Shown here: piece by piece, positions 38,591-49,047 of the stretch
How positions within the stretch are numbered: position 1 is the stretch's first letter
Layout of the letters: each line of letters begins with the position of its first letter
Assembly (NCBI GenBank): GCA_937868205.1
Contig: CALMMC010000125.1
Span: 29,788-93,787, forward strand
Source: an uncultured bacterium
GTDB lineage: Bacteria; Acidobacteriota; Aminicenantia; Aminicenantales; UBA4085
Direction of reading: 5' to 3'
DNA: 64,000 nucleotides
Translations under genes and position numbers: made by a program
The notes under the pieces: generated by a model
What the model was told of the DNA's origin: nothing
The model's database searches: none
What the model saw: the letters and a program-made list of their open reading frames with translations, nothing else

Positions 38591-39418
38591 TCACCGGCGT
38601 CCGGATGTTCCGCCGACCGAGGCGACGATGAAATCCGCCAACCGCTCGAGATAAATCCGGCCTTTTTCCGCGGACGCCTTTCGGGGGTCGCCCAGAACAC
38701 CGTCGGCGGAAAGCGCGGGCATGCCTTTTTCCAGCAGAAGCCTCATCTCGGCCCCGCCGAACGGCCCGCAATACCCGGGAGCAAACCGCTCGGACGCGAC
38801 CAGCCCGCCCTCCAAAGTCATCATCATCGAGGTTTCGTTCTCGCCGGCGTGGTCTCCGGCCTCCGTTTTGGAGACGCCGTATTCGGCCGATAGGCGGCCG
38901 AGGAAGTCCGTCAAGCCGGGCAAGTCCAGGAACGCCGTGACGTCGATCCCGGGGTGAGCCTTCCGGGCCTCGGCTGCAAACCGCCCCACGGTTTCGAAAT
39001 TTCCGCCATGCATCGGAATGAAGAGGATGCGCTTGAAGCCGTGGCGGACGAGACTGGCCGTATAATCTCGAAGGATCAGCCGCAGCGTCTCGGGCTTGAG
39101 GGAAATCGTCCCGGCGAAAGCGAGGTGATGATCCGACAGTCCGGTCTCGATCGTCCGTGCTTGAAGCGCGCCGCCCAGCTTGCGGGCGACGAGCTCGGCC
39201 AGGGCGTCGCTGATCCGCGCATCGGTCATAGTCGGCAGATGGGGTCCGTGCTGTTCGATCGAACCCACGCCGACGACCGCGGTCGTGCAGCCCGATTCGA
39301 TCGCCTTCTTGATGTCCGGCCAATTCATCCGCTCCATGCGGACGGTTTCCGCGGCCCGGACGGCCGGGGAAAAGCACAAACAGAGAACCATCGGAACAAC
39401 CCTCAAGCCTCGTTTCAT
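38591..39418 (-). CDS. creatininase-family (creatinine amidohydrolase-like) protein with N-terminal signal peptide
   Basis: Start trimmed to MKRGLRVV (GGAGGAGGAAGA SD). Signal peptide; GSIEQHGPHLP and FIPMHGGN metal-binding motifs. 275 aa. Confidence 0.75.
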   Translation of the reverse strand: MKRGLRVVPMVLCLCFSPAVRAAETVRMERMNWPDIKKAIESGCTTAVVGVGSIEQHGPHLPTMTDARISDALAELVARKLGGALQARTIETGLSDHHLAFAGTISLKPETLRLILRDYTASLVRHGFKRILFIPMHGGNFETVGRFAAEARKAHPGIDVTAFLDLPGLTDFLGRLSAEYGVSKTEAGDHAGENETSMMMTLEGGLVASERFAPGYCGPFGGAEMRLLLEKGMPALSADGVLGDPRKASAEKGRIYLERLADFIVASVGGTSGRR

Positions 39419-39667
39419 GATCTTCCTCCTCCCGGATGCCGGTGCGGGCTTGAAACCCGGGATATCAACCCGGGCCGGGGGCGCGCGCCGGCCCGGAAAC
39501 GCCCTTCGTCCCGCGGCGCGCGTCCCGTCTCTCACCCGTTCCTTGAGCGCCGGCAAGCTCCCGTCCTCCCCGCCCTTGCGGGACGGCGGCCGTCGTCCGG
39601 GCGGACACAGGATAAATCCGGCGGAAAAGCGATGTCAAGAAACCGCCTTGTCCGCCCCAGCGGGCGC

Positions 39668-40888
39668 TCAGCGCGAAAAAACGATCCGGCCCCGGCTGAT
39701 GACCGTCCGCACGACGGCCGTTTCCCGGAGGGGATCGGCGCTGAAAATCACCACGTCGGCGTCCTTGCCCGCCTCCAGCGAACCGATCCGGCCGTCGACG
39801 GAGAAGATCTCGGCCGCGTTGAGCGTCAGAGCCCGCCAGGCCTCCTCCTCGGGAAGGCCGTGGGCGACGGCCAGGCGGGCGATCTCCAGCAGCGCGTCCG
39901 GCCGGCGCCCGGAATTTCCCTGAAAGGCGATCTTGACGCCGGCCCGCTGAAGGCGGACGGCGCTTTCCAGCGAATCGGCCGCCGACTCCGGCGTGCTCCG
40001 AAAGTCGGCCAGCGGGCCGACCAGGACGGGGATCTTTCGTTCGGCCAGCTCGGAAGCCGCCCGAAAAGCCGCGGCGCCGTGATTGATGACGAGGCGGAGG
40101 CCGAACTCGTCCGCCAAGCGGACGGCCGTCAGGATGTCGTCCAAGCGGTTGGCCCGCACGACCAGGGGCATTTCCCCTTTCAGCATCGGCCCGAGCGATT
40201 CGACGGCCGCGGCCGCCGCCCGGTCCGGTCCGGTCTTGCTCTCCATGGCCTGCCGGGCGTCCAGGAGAGTCTGGCGCAGCAAGGCCATCGCGCCCATGCG
40301 GGTCGAGGGATACTGGTTGCGGCTTCCAAAACGGAGCTTGGCCGCTTCCCCCAGGTTGGCGTGGACCGCAGCCGGAAAGCGCAGCGTCTCGCCGCTCCCG
40401 GAGGAGTGTCCGGGAAGGCGGACCAAGGCGCTTTGGCCGCTCAGAAGCGCGCCCTCGCCGGGGGCCGAGAGGGCGGAGGTGACGCCTTCGGAGCACGCGG
40501 CCGGGAAGTCTTCATTTTCCCAGTCGATGGCGTCGATGACGCGCAATTGCGGGAGAACGGCCTTGGCCGACTCGTCATAGTCGCCGCCGCCGGCTTCCGG
40601 CCGTTCCATCCCCAGGTGAGTGAAAGCGTCGATCAAGCCGGGGGTGATGACCGCCCCGGCGGCCTCGATGACCTCGGCGCCGGGCGGAACAGCCACGTCC
40701 CGGCCGACGGCCTCGAGGCGTCCGCCGCGGATGAGCAGGACGCCGTTTTCGATCACGCCGCCGCTGACGGTGATGATCCGGCCGCCGCGGACGGCCAGAA
40801 GCGGATCGGCCTCCCCTCCGCCGGCCGGGCGAACGAACAGAAAGGCCAGGACCGCCGCCGCCCAAAGAACGGTATTTCTCTTTTTCAT
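39668..40888 (-). CDS. secreted amidohydrolase-superfamily protein (non-canonical THLG in place of the HxH metal motif)
   Basis: 406-aa ORF; signal peptide. A paralogue of the C-terminal half of the 40908-43436 product (shared TRMGxMALLR, LRLADEF motifs). GGAAGGA SD. Confidence 0.75.
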   Translation of the reverse strand: MKKRNTVLWAAAVLAFLFVRPAGGGEADPLLAVRGGRIITVSGGVIENGVLLIRGGRLEAVGRDVAVPPGAEVIEAAGAVITPGLIDAFTHLGMERPEAGGGDYDESAKAVLPQLRVIDAIDWENEDFPAACSEGVTSALSAPGEGALLSGQSALVRLPGHSSGSGETLRFPAAVHANLGEAAKLRFGSRNQYPSTRMGAMALLRQTLLDARQAMESKTGPDRAAAAAVESLGPMLKGEMPLVVRANRLDDILTAVRLADEFGLRLVINHGAAAFRAASELAERKIPVLVGPLADFRSTPESAADSLESAVRLQRAGVKIAFQGNSGRRPDALLEIARLAVAHGLPEEEAWRALTLNAAEIFSVDGRIGSLEAGKDADVVIFSADPLRETAVVRTVISRGRIVFSR

Positions 40889-40907
40889 GGCCGCGTCCTT
40901 CCGGGGT

Positions 40908-43436
40908 TCACCGCCGGTCCGGCTGAGCGCGGGCCTCCAGCCGGCCGTCGATGAAAACCGCCTCCGGGATGGCGCCGGTCAGGAACGGATGACCGCGCAG
41001 AATGACGATGTCGGCATCCTTTCCGGCCTCCAGGCTTCCGACCCGCTTGGCGAGGCCGGCGATGCGCGCCGGCTCGATGGTCACGGCCTTGAGCGCCTCC
41101 TCCTCGGTCAGGCCGCCGCGGTAGGCGAACGCGGCCAGCGTCAACGGTTCGCCGCCGGGCTGCCCGGCCGCGGGCGTCCGCCATGAACCCTCGTCCGGAC
41201 GGAAGGCCACGGTCACGCCGGCCCGGATGAGGATGACGGCGTTGTCTTCGTTGAATCCCCGGTCCTCCACCTGGCCCAAGCCTCGGAACAGTCCCTCCAG
41301 AACGACAGGAATGCCGCGCTTCCGGATCTCGTCGACCACTTTGTAGGCGTCGGTGGCCCCGTCGAGGATGATCTTCAACTGAAATTCATCGGCCAGGCGC
41401 AGAGCCGCCAGGATGTCGTCGCGGCGCTCGGCGTGGATCATGACCGGCATCTCTCCGCGCAGCACCGGCTGCAGGGCGTCCAGGGCCAGGTCCGCGGCCG
41501 GAGTTTCATTCTTTTTATCCCGGGCGGCCCGGTCCCGCTTTTCGCCGTATTCCCTCGCCTTGACCAGCGTCTCGCGCAACAGGGCCATGATCCCCATGCG
41601 GGTCGTGGGCATCTCCCCCTCCCGCCGGGCGTTCGCCCCGAGGCCGAACATCATGACCGCCCGATCCTTGATGATCATCCGGTCGACGACCGCTCCACAG
41701 CTCTTGATCGCCGTCCCCTGCCCGCCGATGACGTTGAGGTTGCCGGGGGTCACGAGCAGCGAAGTGATGCCGTCCCCGCGGAGGAACGAGAAAAGCGGGG
41801 CCTGCGGCTCGATGGAATTTTTCACCTCCAGCTCGGGCACGACCGGCTGGGACGTTTCATTGACATAGCTCTGACGTTTCCAGTTGTCGGAGATTCCGGC
41901 GTGGGACCGCGGCGAGACCAGGCCGGGCATGACCACCCGGTCGCCGGCCTCGATCACCGGCCAGCCCTCCGGGACGGCGACGTCGCGGCCGATCTTTTCG
42001 ATCCGCCCGTCTTTCACCAGGATGACGGCGTCGCGCAGCGGCTCCCCGGCCAGGGTGAAGACCGTTCCGGCCCGGATGGCGAACGCCCCGGCCGCGCCGA
42101 GGTTCTCCGGCAGATCCAGGGGACGGGCGGCCAGGGGGGCCGCGGTCAATCCGGCCAGGGGTTTCAGGCTTTCGTTCCGGTATTCAACACGGCCGTCGAT
42201 GATCACCTGGGTGATGCGGGTGGTCAAGGCCAGCGGCTCGCCGTCGTAGAGCACAAGGTCGGCGTCCTTGCCGGGCTCGAGGCTGCCGATCCGCCCGTCC
42301 AGTCCGGCGGCCCGGGCGCCGTTCAGGGTGATCGCTTTCAGCGCATCCGCTTCCTTCATGCCGCGGCGGACGCACAGGACGGCCAGTTGGAGAAGATTCT
42401 GCTGGCCGCCGCCCAAGGCGTCGGTTTGGAGAGAGACGTCCAGCCCGGCCTCGGCCAGGATAGCCGCCGTGTTATGGAAGACATGGGGATTGTCAAAATA
42501 CCCAAAGAGCATCGGCGGGCCGACGTTGAAGGCGACATCCTTGTATTCCTTGAGTTCGTCCACCACAAGATAGACCCAATAGCAATGGGCCAGGGTCAGC
42601 CTCAGGTTGAATTCCCGGGCCAGGCGGATGCAGCTCATGGCCTCCGCGGCCGTGGCGCAGTGCATGTGGACGGGGATTTCCCGCCGGAGGGCTTTCAACA
42701 CCGTCTCCTTGCCGAGCTCCCGCTTCGGAGCCGCGGCCGCCTTTCCCGCCTTCTTCTCCTTCTCGAACTTCTCCCAGGCGGCCTCGTATTCCCGCGCCTC
42801 GACGAACGCCTTGCGGGCTAAATGGTAAACGGCCATCAGCGTGGCGGGCATCTGTTTGCGCGGCCCGTAGACGCCGATGGGATTCCCTTCGATGGCCATT
42901 TTCAGGCAGTTGTCTTCCTGGAGGACCATGCGATCGGGCCGGTCGTCTTTCAGCTTCACCGAAACGCCGGTCCCGCCGATGACGTTGCCGCTTCCCGGGA
43001 GAGCCACGATCGTCGTCACCCCTCCGGCCCGGGCCACGGGAATGGCCGGATCCTCGAAGTTGAACGAATCCAGGGCCCGCACCTGCGGGGTGAGGGGATT
43101 GGTCATTTCATTTCCGTCACTGTTCTCTTCCACCGAGGGCACGGAATAGACGCCGACGTGGGAATGAATATCCACCAGCCCCGGGGTGACCGCCCAGGCC
43201 TGGACGACGGGCGTTCCCGGAGGCGGGACGATCTCCGTTCCGACGGCGGCGATCTTTCCGTCCCGGATGAGGACGGCCCCGTTTTCCACGACGGCTCCGC
43301 TGATCGTATAAATTTTCTTTGCCCGGATCATCAGGGTTTCCCCCGACGCTTGAACCGCGAAAAAAACAAGGGCACCGGCCAGTAACAATCCGACGGTCGA
43401 TTTACGCACGGACATCTCCTTTCTCAAGGTTTTCAT
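40908..43436 (-). CDS. secreted tandem-domain amidohydrolase (N-terminal domain with canonical HxH: DIHSHVG; C-terminal domain degenerate: RSHAG)
   Basis: 842-aa ORF; signal peptide; two amidohydrolase-like halves. The start may be M1 (43436) or M8 (43415). Confidence 0.75.
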   Translation of the reverse strand: MKTLRKEMSVRKSTVGLLLAGALVFFAVQASGETLMIRAKKIYTISGAVVENGAVLIRDGKIAAVGTEIVPPPGTPVVQAWAVTPGLVDIHSHVGVYSVPSVEENSDGNEMTNPLTPQVRALDSFNFEDPAIPVARAGGVTTIVALPGSGNVIGGTGVSVKLKDDRPDRMVLQEDNCLKMAIEGNPIGVYGPRKQMPATLMAVYHLARKAFVEAREYEAAWEKFEKEKKAGKAAAAPKRELGKETVLKALRREIPVHMHCATAAEAMSCIRLAREFNLRLTLAHCYWVYLVVDELKEYKDVAFNVGPPMLFGYFDNPHVFHNTAAILAEAGLDVSLQTDALGGGQQNLLQLAVLCVRRGMKEADALKAITLNGARAAGLDGRIGSLEPGKDADLVLYDGEPLALTTRITQVIIDGRVEYRNESLKPLAGLTAAPLAARPLDLPENLGAAGAFAIRAGTVFTLAGEPLRDAVILVKDGRIEKIGRDVAVPEGWPVIEAGDRVVMPGLVSPRSHAGISDNWKRQSYVNETSQPVVPELEVKNSIEPQAPLFSFLRGDGITSLLVTPGNLNVIGGQGTAIKSCGAVVDRMIIKDRAVMMFGLGANARREGEMPTTRMGIMALLRETLVKAREYGEKRDRAARDKKNETPAADLALDALQPVLRGEMPVMIHAERRDDILAALRLADEFQLKIILDGATDAYKVVDEIRKRGIPVVLEGLFRGLGQVEDRGFNEDNAVILIRAGVTVAFRPDEGSWRTPAAGQPGGEPLTLAAFAYRGGLTEEEALKAVTIEPARIAGLAKRVGSLEAGKDADIVILRGHPFLTGAIPEAVFIDGRLEARAQPDRR

Positions 43437-43764
43437 TATTCAAATCGGACACCCCGTCGCGAGATATCCTAGATATGATATTTTAGCACGGGTTCTCTTG
43501 TTTCCGAACCGGACATGGTTTCGATTCTTCAGTCTCGTCAGCATTACGCCGGCGACAGGGCGCCTCCGGTCGTTCCGCGGAGCGGAGAACATCACCGATC
43601 GGACAGGCCCCCGCGGGAAAAGGGAAACGATCAACCGGGCCGGCCGCCGGATGTTATCTAGCGCCTCAACCCGGATGCGCGCGGCGAGTCGCGCCGACCC
43701 GGGTTGGAACTCCAGGAGCAAAAGCATCGACGGCCTTTGTCGTATCAGCGGTCCGCGGCCTCCA

Positions 43765-44616
43765 TCACCTCGCCGGGCGCGAAGTCGGGGAGCCTCGGTC
43801 GTTTATCCCTCGCAGGAAGAGGACCGAGAAGATCAGCCCGACGCCGGAGAGGGCCAGCATGATCGGAACCGCGCCGGCCGACGCCGAGGGGTCGTGGAGA
43901 CGCCCGAAAGCCTGATCGACGGCGATGCCGGCGGTCTCGATCGTCAACATGATCACCATCATTCCGGAGATCGGATAACCCCACGCGCGCCGGCGCCAGA
44001 GCCAAGCGGCGCCGACCGCCAGCATCGGGAAGGTGAAAGCGAAGTCCAATACGTAGATCGCATTCTGGGCAAGCCCGGCGCCCTCGAAACTCTCCGGCAT
44101 GGTGTTGTGGATCATCGCCGGAACGATGTCCTGGAGCCAAACGAAGCCGAAGACGATCAGGCAAATCATCATATAGACCGCGATCGTCCGCCCGGGGACG
44201 CCTGAACCGGCCGCCTGGACCGCGGCGAGATCGAAGCTCGCCAGGAGAGTCAGCAGCGCCCAAAAGGACAGGCCGAGCAAGGCGGCGAAAAGAAGGAAAA
44301 ACGAGTTGAAATGCACCATGAAGCAGAACAGCACGGCATTGTAGGCGATGTAGGCGAGGGATCCCAGCCAGACAAAGCGGGCGCGCAGCGAGCCGCGGGC
44401 CGTCAGGATCATCGAGACGATGAGAACGGGCCCCGCGAGGACCAGCATGGACAGGGCCGTCCCCCTCATGTTCCCAATGATGAAGGGCGCGTCCCGGCGG
44501 AAGACACCCCAGAAATAAAACGACGCCGACGAGGCGATGACGGCCGCGGCCGCTAAGACGGCGGACACGCGGTAGGGAGTCCGCGGATGGATTCCGAGAT
44601 CGATCCGGTCGGCCAT
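43765..44616 (-). CDS. polytopic integral membrane protein (hypothetical)
   Basis: 283-aa ORF with about 8 hydrophobic helices. Confidence 0.45.
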   Translation of the reverse strand: MADRIDLGIHPRTPYRVSAVLAAAAVIASSASFYFWGVFRRDAPFIIGNMRGTALSMLVLAGPVLIVSMILTARGSLRARFVWLGSLAYIAYNAVLFCFMVHFNSFFLLFAALLGLSFWALLTLLASFDLAAVQAAGSGVPGRTIAVYMMICLIVFGFVWLQDIVPAMIHNTMPESFEGAGLAQNAIYVLDFAFTFPMLAVGAAWLWRRRAWGYPISGMMVIMLTIETAGIAVDQAFGRLHDPSASAGAVPIMLALSGVGLIFSVLFLRGINDRGSPTSRPAR

Positions 44617-44934
44617 GTCAGATCCTTAATCCCGTTTTCGACGATCGCATGGACGCCTCCCTCCTCAGCTCGACGTCGGGGACGAGAACGGCTCAGGCTC
44701 CTCTTCGGCCGGGGATGATCTCGAGATCTTACGAATCGCGCAAGTCATGGAGCTAAGCGGCGGGCGTCGATTGTTTTGTCGATTCGATCTTTGAATGGAC
44801 AATCCGGCCTCGCGGGAGCGACGATTTCAAACCCATTATCATATGGATTTTTCCCGCGGTGTCCAGGAGCGTGATCATGGGCAAGCAGACCGGATTCCGG
44901 ATCTTGGATGATGCGGCCGCGTTCTTCCAGCGGC

Positions 44935-44971
44935 AAAAAAAAAGCCCGCCCCGCTTTGCGGCGGGGCGGGC
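44935..44971 (-). terminator. Rho-independent terminator ending the ribosomal alpha operon (after rplQ)
   Basis: On the minus strand: 11-bp GC stem GCCCGCCCCGC/GCGGGGCGGGC with a 6-nt loop, followed by a 9-U run (A9 at 44935-44943 on the plus strand), 20 nt after the rplQ stop. Confidence 0.8.
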
Positions 44972-44990
44972 GCGAATGGCTTGCCCGGGC

Positions 44991-45410
44991 CTACGCCTTG
45001 GCCGGCTTCTTGCCCTTCTCCTTGTCCTTTTTCTTCTTTTCCTTGGCCTTGAATTCCGAGCCGACCAGCTCGATCACGGCCATCTCCGCCCCGTCGCCCT
45101 TGCGCGGGCTGAGCTTGACGATCCGGGTGTAGCCCCCGGCCCGCTCGGAAAACCGCGGGGCGACCGTCTCAAACAGGCGGGTCACGGCGTCTTCCTTCAT
45201 CAGGACGGCCAGCGCCCGGCGCCGGGCGGCCAGCGTGCCGGTCTTGCCCATGGTGATCAGCTTCTCGACGAAGGGCCGGAGCTCCTTGGCCTTGGCGACC
45301 GTCGTCCGGACGCGTTCCTTCTCGATCAGCGAGGTGGCCAGATTCCGCAGGAGCATCTCCCGATGGGCCGTGGTCCGGCCCAGCTTTCTTCCGCTCAAAC
45401 GATGCCTCAT
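44991..45410 (-). CDS. rplQ: 50S ribosomal protein L17
   Basis: 139-aa ORF with conserved L17 sequence. Confidence 0.95.
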   Translation of the reverse strand: MRHRLSGRKLGRTTAHREMLLRNLATSLIEKERVRTTVAKAKELRPFVEKLITMGKTGTLAARRRALAVLMKEDAVTRLFETVAPRFSERAGGYTRIVKLSPRKGDGAEMAVIELVGSEFKAKEKKKKDKEKGKKPAKA

Positions 45411-46432
45411 TCCTCCGTCTCCTTCGCTTTGTCCTTCGTCTCGCCCTTGATCCGTTCCAGCAGCTTGGGATTCAGGTCGAGGTTCAAGCCGAGCCCGAGG
45501 GTGACCAGGGTCTCCTTGATCTCCCCCAAGGATTTGCGGCCGAAGTTCTTCGTCTTCAGCAGCTCCTCCTCGCTCTTCATCACGAGCTCGTAAATCTTTT
45601 CGATGCCCGCCGAGCGGAGACAGTTATTGGACCGGACGGAAAGCTCGAGATGCTCGATGGGCTTGGCCAGGAGCTCGGTCTGGCCGGCGTAGGGGATCTC
45701 CCGCTTGGCCGTCACGGGCTCGCTGTCGGCCCGCTCGTCGACGACATTGAGGAAGATGATCAGGTGATCCCGCATGATCTTGGCCGCCTGGGCCAGAGCT
45801 TCGACCGGCGCGACCGCGCCCGTCGTCCAGATTTCCAGGGTCAGCTTCTCGTAATCGATCCGCTTGCCCACGCGGGCCGGTTCGACCCGGTAGTTGACCT
45901 TGAGGACGGGCGAATGGGACGAGTCGAGGGGGATGGTGTCGATGCTCCGCGTCTCGTCGAAATTCTGGTCGGCGGTGATGAACCCCCGGTTGTTCTCAAC
46001 GATGAGCTCGGCGTCCAACAGGCCGTCCTTGTCGAGCGAGGCGATGGCGACGGTCTTGTCGAGGACCTCGACGTCGCCGTCGCCGGTCAGGTCGGCCGAC
46101 GTGGCCGTGACCGGCCCTTCCTTGCGGAGGGTCAGGACGCTCGGCCCTTCCCCCTTCAGCTTCAGGGGGATGGATTTCAAATTGAGGATGATGTCGGTGA
46201 CGTCCTCAACCACCCCGGGGATGGTCGAAAATTCATGGAGCACGCCCTGGATCCGGACGGCGGTGATGGCCGCGCCCTTGATCGAGGACAGCAGAATCCG
46301 CCGCAAGGCGTTGCCCACGGTCGTCCCGTACCCGCGCTCGAACGGCTGGGCCGTGAACCGGCCGTACGTCGACGTCAAGGTCTCATAATCGCATTCCAAT
46401 AGCTTCGGCCGCTGAAAACCAAATTCGGTCAT
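45407..46432 (-). CDS. rpoA: DNA-directed RNA polymerase subunit alpha
   Basis: 341-aa ORF with the conserved alpha NTD and CTD. Confidence 0.95.
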   Translation of the reverse strand: MTEFGFQRPKLLECDYETLTSTYGRFTAQPFERGYGTTVGNALRRILLSSIKGAAITAVRIQGVLHEFSTIPGVVEDVTDIILNLKSIPLKLKGEGPSVLTLRKEGPVTATSADLTGDGDVEVLDKTVAIASLDKDGLLDAELIVENNRGFITADQNFDETRSIDTIPLDSSHSPVLKVNYRVEPARVGKRIDYEKLTLEIWTTGAVAPVEALAQAAKIMRDHLIIFLNVVDERADSEPVTAKREIPYAGQTELLAKPIEHLELSVRSNNCLRSAGIEKIYELVMKSEEELLKTKNFGRKSLGEIKETLVTLGLGLNLDLNPKLLERIKGETKDKAKETEE

Positions 46433-46468
46433 GGGTCCTCCTTCCGGAAACCGTTATCGAGCCGGGCC

Positions 46469-47095
46469 CTACTTCGAGTAGAGCTCGACGACCATGTGCT
46501 CCTCGACCGGGAGGGTCACGTCGGCGCGCGTCGGCAGGGCCATGACGCGGGCGGTGAGGTTTTCCCGGTTGACCTGGATCCAGCCGGGGACGGTCTTGCC
46601 GGCGTACGCTTCGGCCACGGCCTTCAGGTCCTCGGATTTCACCGATTGGGGCCGGAAGCCGATTTCATCGTTGGCCTTGACCATGAACGAGGGAATGGCG
46701 ACCCGGCCGCTGTTGACTAGGACGTGCCCGTGGGTCACCAGCTGGCGGGCGTGAGCCCGGGAATGGGCGTAGCCGGCGATGTACAGAAGGTTGTCCAAGC
46801 GCCGCTCGAGCATCTGGAGGAGGATCTCGCCGGTGATGCCCTTGGTCCGTTCGGCCCGCTCGAAGAACAGGCGGAACTGCTTTTCGGACATCCCGTAGAA
46901 CCGTTTCATCTTCTGCTTCTCGCGGAGCTGGAGGCCGTAGCCGAGGATGCGCCGGCGGCTTCGGCCGTGCTGGCCGGGGGCGTAGGCCCGGCGCTCGACC
47001 GGGCACTTATCGGTCAGGCACTTGTGCCCCTTGAGAAAGAGCTTGGTTTTTTCGACCCGGCAAAGCCGGCACAAGGGTTCGCGATATCGGGACAT
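46469..47095 (-). CDS. rpsD: 30S ribosomal protein S4
   Basis: 208-aa ORF; S4 with N-terminal Cys cluster. Confidence 0.95.
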   Translation of the reverse strand: MSRYREPLCRLCRVEKTKLFLKGHKCLTDKCPVERRAYAPGQHGRSRRRILGYGLQLREKQKMKRFYGMSEKQFRLFFERAERTKGITGEILLQMLERRLDNLLYIAGYAHSRAHARQLVTHGHVLVNSGRVAIPSFMVKANDEIGFRPQSVKSEDLKAVAEAYAGKTVPGWIQVNRENLTARVMALPTRADVTLPVEEHMVVELYSK

Positions 47096-47106
47096 GAGGA
47101 CTCTCC

Positions 47107-47499
47107 TTAGACTCTGCGGCGGCGGCGGACGCGGCAGCCGTTATGGGGAATCGGGGTGACGTCCTTGATCGAACGGATTTCCACCCCGCCGCTTTGCAGG
47201 GACCGGATGGCCGACTCGCGGCCGGCCCCCGGGCCGCTGACCCGGACGTCCAGGTAACGGACGCCGAATTCCCGGGCTTTCGTCGCGGCTTCCTTGCCGG
47301 CGAGCTGGGCCGCGAACGGCGTTCCTTTCCGGGCGCCCTTGAAGCCCACCGTCCCGGAGCTCGTCCAACACACCGCGTTGCCCGCGTGATCGGAGATCGT
47401 GATGATCGTGTTGTTGAACGTGGACTGGATGTGGGCCGTTCCGTAGCCGATGTCCTTGCGGACTTTTTTCTTGGTCCGTGTCTTCGCTTTCGTGGCCAT
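47107..47499 (-). CDS. rpsK: 30S ribosomal protein S11
   Basis: 130-aa ORF. Confidence 0.95.
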   Translation of the reverse strand: MATKAKTRTKKKVRKDIGYGTAHIQSTFNNTIITISDHAGNAVCWTSSGTVGFKGARKGTPFAAQLAGKEAATKAREFGVRYLDVRVSGPGAGRESAIRSLQSGGVEIRSIKDVTPIPHNGCRVRRRRRV

Positions 47500-47514
47500 G
47501 CGCTGCTTCCTTCC

Positions 47515-47898
47515 TTATGATTTGGCGGCCGGCTTCAATTTCTTGATCGTGTGGCCGCGAGGCCCCTTCCGGGTCCGGGCGTTCGTTTTCGTCCGCTGGC
47601 CGCGGACCGGGAGTTTCCTTTTATGCCGCTGGCCCCGGTAGCACCCGATATCGATCAGGCGCTTGATCGAAAGGCTGATGTCCTTGCGGAGGTCGCCCTC
47701 GATCTTCTCCCTCTTTTCGATGATCTGGCGGATCTTGTTGACTTCCTCCTCGCTCAGGGCCTTGACCTTCTTGTTCTTGTCGATCTTGGCTTCCTGGAGG
47801 ATCTGGCTCGACTTGGACCGGCCGATCCCGAAGATGTAGGTCAGCCCGATTTCGATCCGCTTATCCGGAGGAAGCGTGATGCCTGCAATGCGTGCCAT
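47515..47898 (-). CDS. rpsM: 30S ribosomal protein S13
   Basis: 127-aa ORF. Confidence 0.95.
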   Translation of the reverse strand: MARIAGITLPPDKRIEIGLTYIFGIGRSKSSQILQEAKIDKNKKVKALSEEEVNKIRQIIEKREKIEGDLRKDISLSIKRLIDIGCYRGQRHKRKLPVRGQRTKTNARTRKGPRGHTIKKLKPAAKS

Positions 47899-47909
47899 GG
47901 GTGCCGTCC

Positions 47910-48023
47910 TTATCCTTGACGTTGTTTATGCCGGGGATTCGTGCAGATGATCCGGACCAATCCCTTGCGCCGGATGACCTTGCAGTTGCGGCAGATTTTC
48001 TTGACGGAGGCTCGGACTTTCAT
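47910..48023 (-). CDS. rpmJ: 50S ribosomal protein L36 (zinc-binding C-x2-C-x12-C-x4-H type)
   Basis: Not in the ORF track (below its size cut-off). The reverse-strand translation is [37 protein letters not shown]. Confidence 0.9.
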   Translation of the reverse strand: MKVRASVKKICRNCKVIRRKGLVRIICTNPRHKQRQG

Positions 48024-48035
48024 GTCGTCTCCCCT

Positions 48036-48254
48036 TTATTTAAATCGGTACGTGATCCGTCCCTTGGTCAGGTCGTAGGGCGAAATCTCGACCAGGACCC
48101 GGTCCCCGGGCAGGATCCGGATGAAATGTTTTCTCATCTTGCCCGAAATATGGGCTAAAATGATGTGCTTGTTCTGCAGCTCCACGCGGAACATCGCGTT
48201 GGGAAGCGTTTCGCGAACCACGCCTTCGGCTTCGAAGACGTCTTCTTTAGGCAT
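48036..48254 (-). CDS. infA: translation initiation factor IF-1
   Basis: 72-aa ORF. Confidence 0.95.
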   Translation of the reverse strand: MPKEDVFEAEGVVRETLPNAMFRVELQNKHIILAHISGKMRKHFIRILPGDRVLVEISPYDLTKGRITYRFK

Positions 48255-49047
48255 ACGGCAACTCCTTCCGGGCCGGCTCCACGGCCTTCGTTCCGACTCG
48301 GCTCAGGACCTCGGCGCCCCGGTCGGTCAGGGCGACGGTCTCTTCGAAATGGGCCGCCAGGCTGCGGTCCCGGGTGACGGCCGTCCAGCCGTCGCCCAGG
48401 ATGTCCACTTCCCAGCGGCCGGCGGCGATCATCGGCTCGACGGCCAGGACGAGGCCCTTGCGGATCCGGGGACCCCGGCCGGGAAAGCCGAAGTTCGGGA
48501 GCTGTGGATCCTCGTGGAGCTCCTGGCCGATGCCGTGGCCGACAAACGAACGGATCACCGAGAAGCCGGCCGCCTCGACGGCCGACTGGATCGCGTGGGA
48601 GACATCCGAGAGATGGTTGCCCTCGACGAAGCGCAAAAGACCGCTCTCAAACGACTCCTCGGCGATCCGGATCAGACGCAGGGCCTCCGGCTCCACCCGC
48701 CCGACGGGAAACGTCCGGGCGGCATCGCCGTAGTATCCGTCGTAAAAAACGCCGAAATCCAGGCTGACGATGTCCCCCTCCCGGAGTCGCCGGGACGAGG
48801 GGAATCCGTGGATGATCTCCTCGTTGATCGAGACGCAAAGGGCGCCGGGAAAGCCCCGATATCCCTTGAAGGCGGGGCGGGCTCCCAACTCCCGGGACCT
48901 CCGGTCGGCGTGGGCGTCCAGATCCTGGGTCCGCACGCCGGGGGCGATCAGGGTCTCGAGTTCGGCCAGGATCAGCCCCGTGATCCGGGAGCTCTCCCGC
49001 ATCCGGTCGATCTCGGCTTCGGTCTTGTGGACGATCACAGCCGGCAT
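48247..49047 (-). CDS. map: methionine aminopeptidase type I
   Basis: 266-aa ORF with metal-ligand motifs. Confidence 0.9.
   Translation of the reverse strand: MPAVIVHKTEAEIDRMRESSRITGLILAELETLIAPGVRTQDLDAHADRRSRELGARPAFKGYRGFPGALCVSINEEIIHGFPSSRRLREGDIVSLDFGVFYDGYYGDAARTFPVGRVEPEALRLIRIAEESFESGLLRFVEGNHLSDVSHAIQSAVEAAGFSVIRSFVGHGIGQELHEDPQLPNFGFPGRGPRIRKGLVLAVEPMIAAGRWEVDILGDGWTAVTRDRSLAAHFEETVALTDRGAEVLSRVGTKAVEPARKELPYA

Noticed and set aside
38954-40954. 666-aa plus-strand ORF and 39465..40496 (minus strand, alternate frame) across the creatininase/amidohydrolase genes
   Set aside because: Antisense or off-frame relative to motif-bearing hydrolase genes. The compositions are R/G/P-rich artefacts.
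44859-45593. 244-aa plus-strand ORF antisense to rplQ/rpoA, and 44745..44936 (minus strand, small ORF)
   Set aside because: Antisense to conserved ribosomal genes. The region 44935-44971 is better explained as the rplQ terminator.
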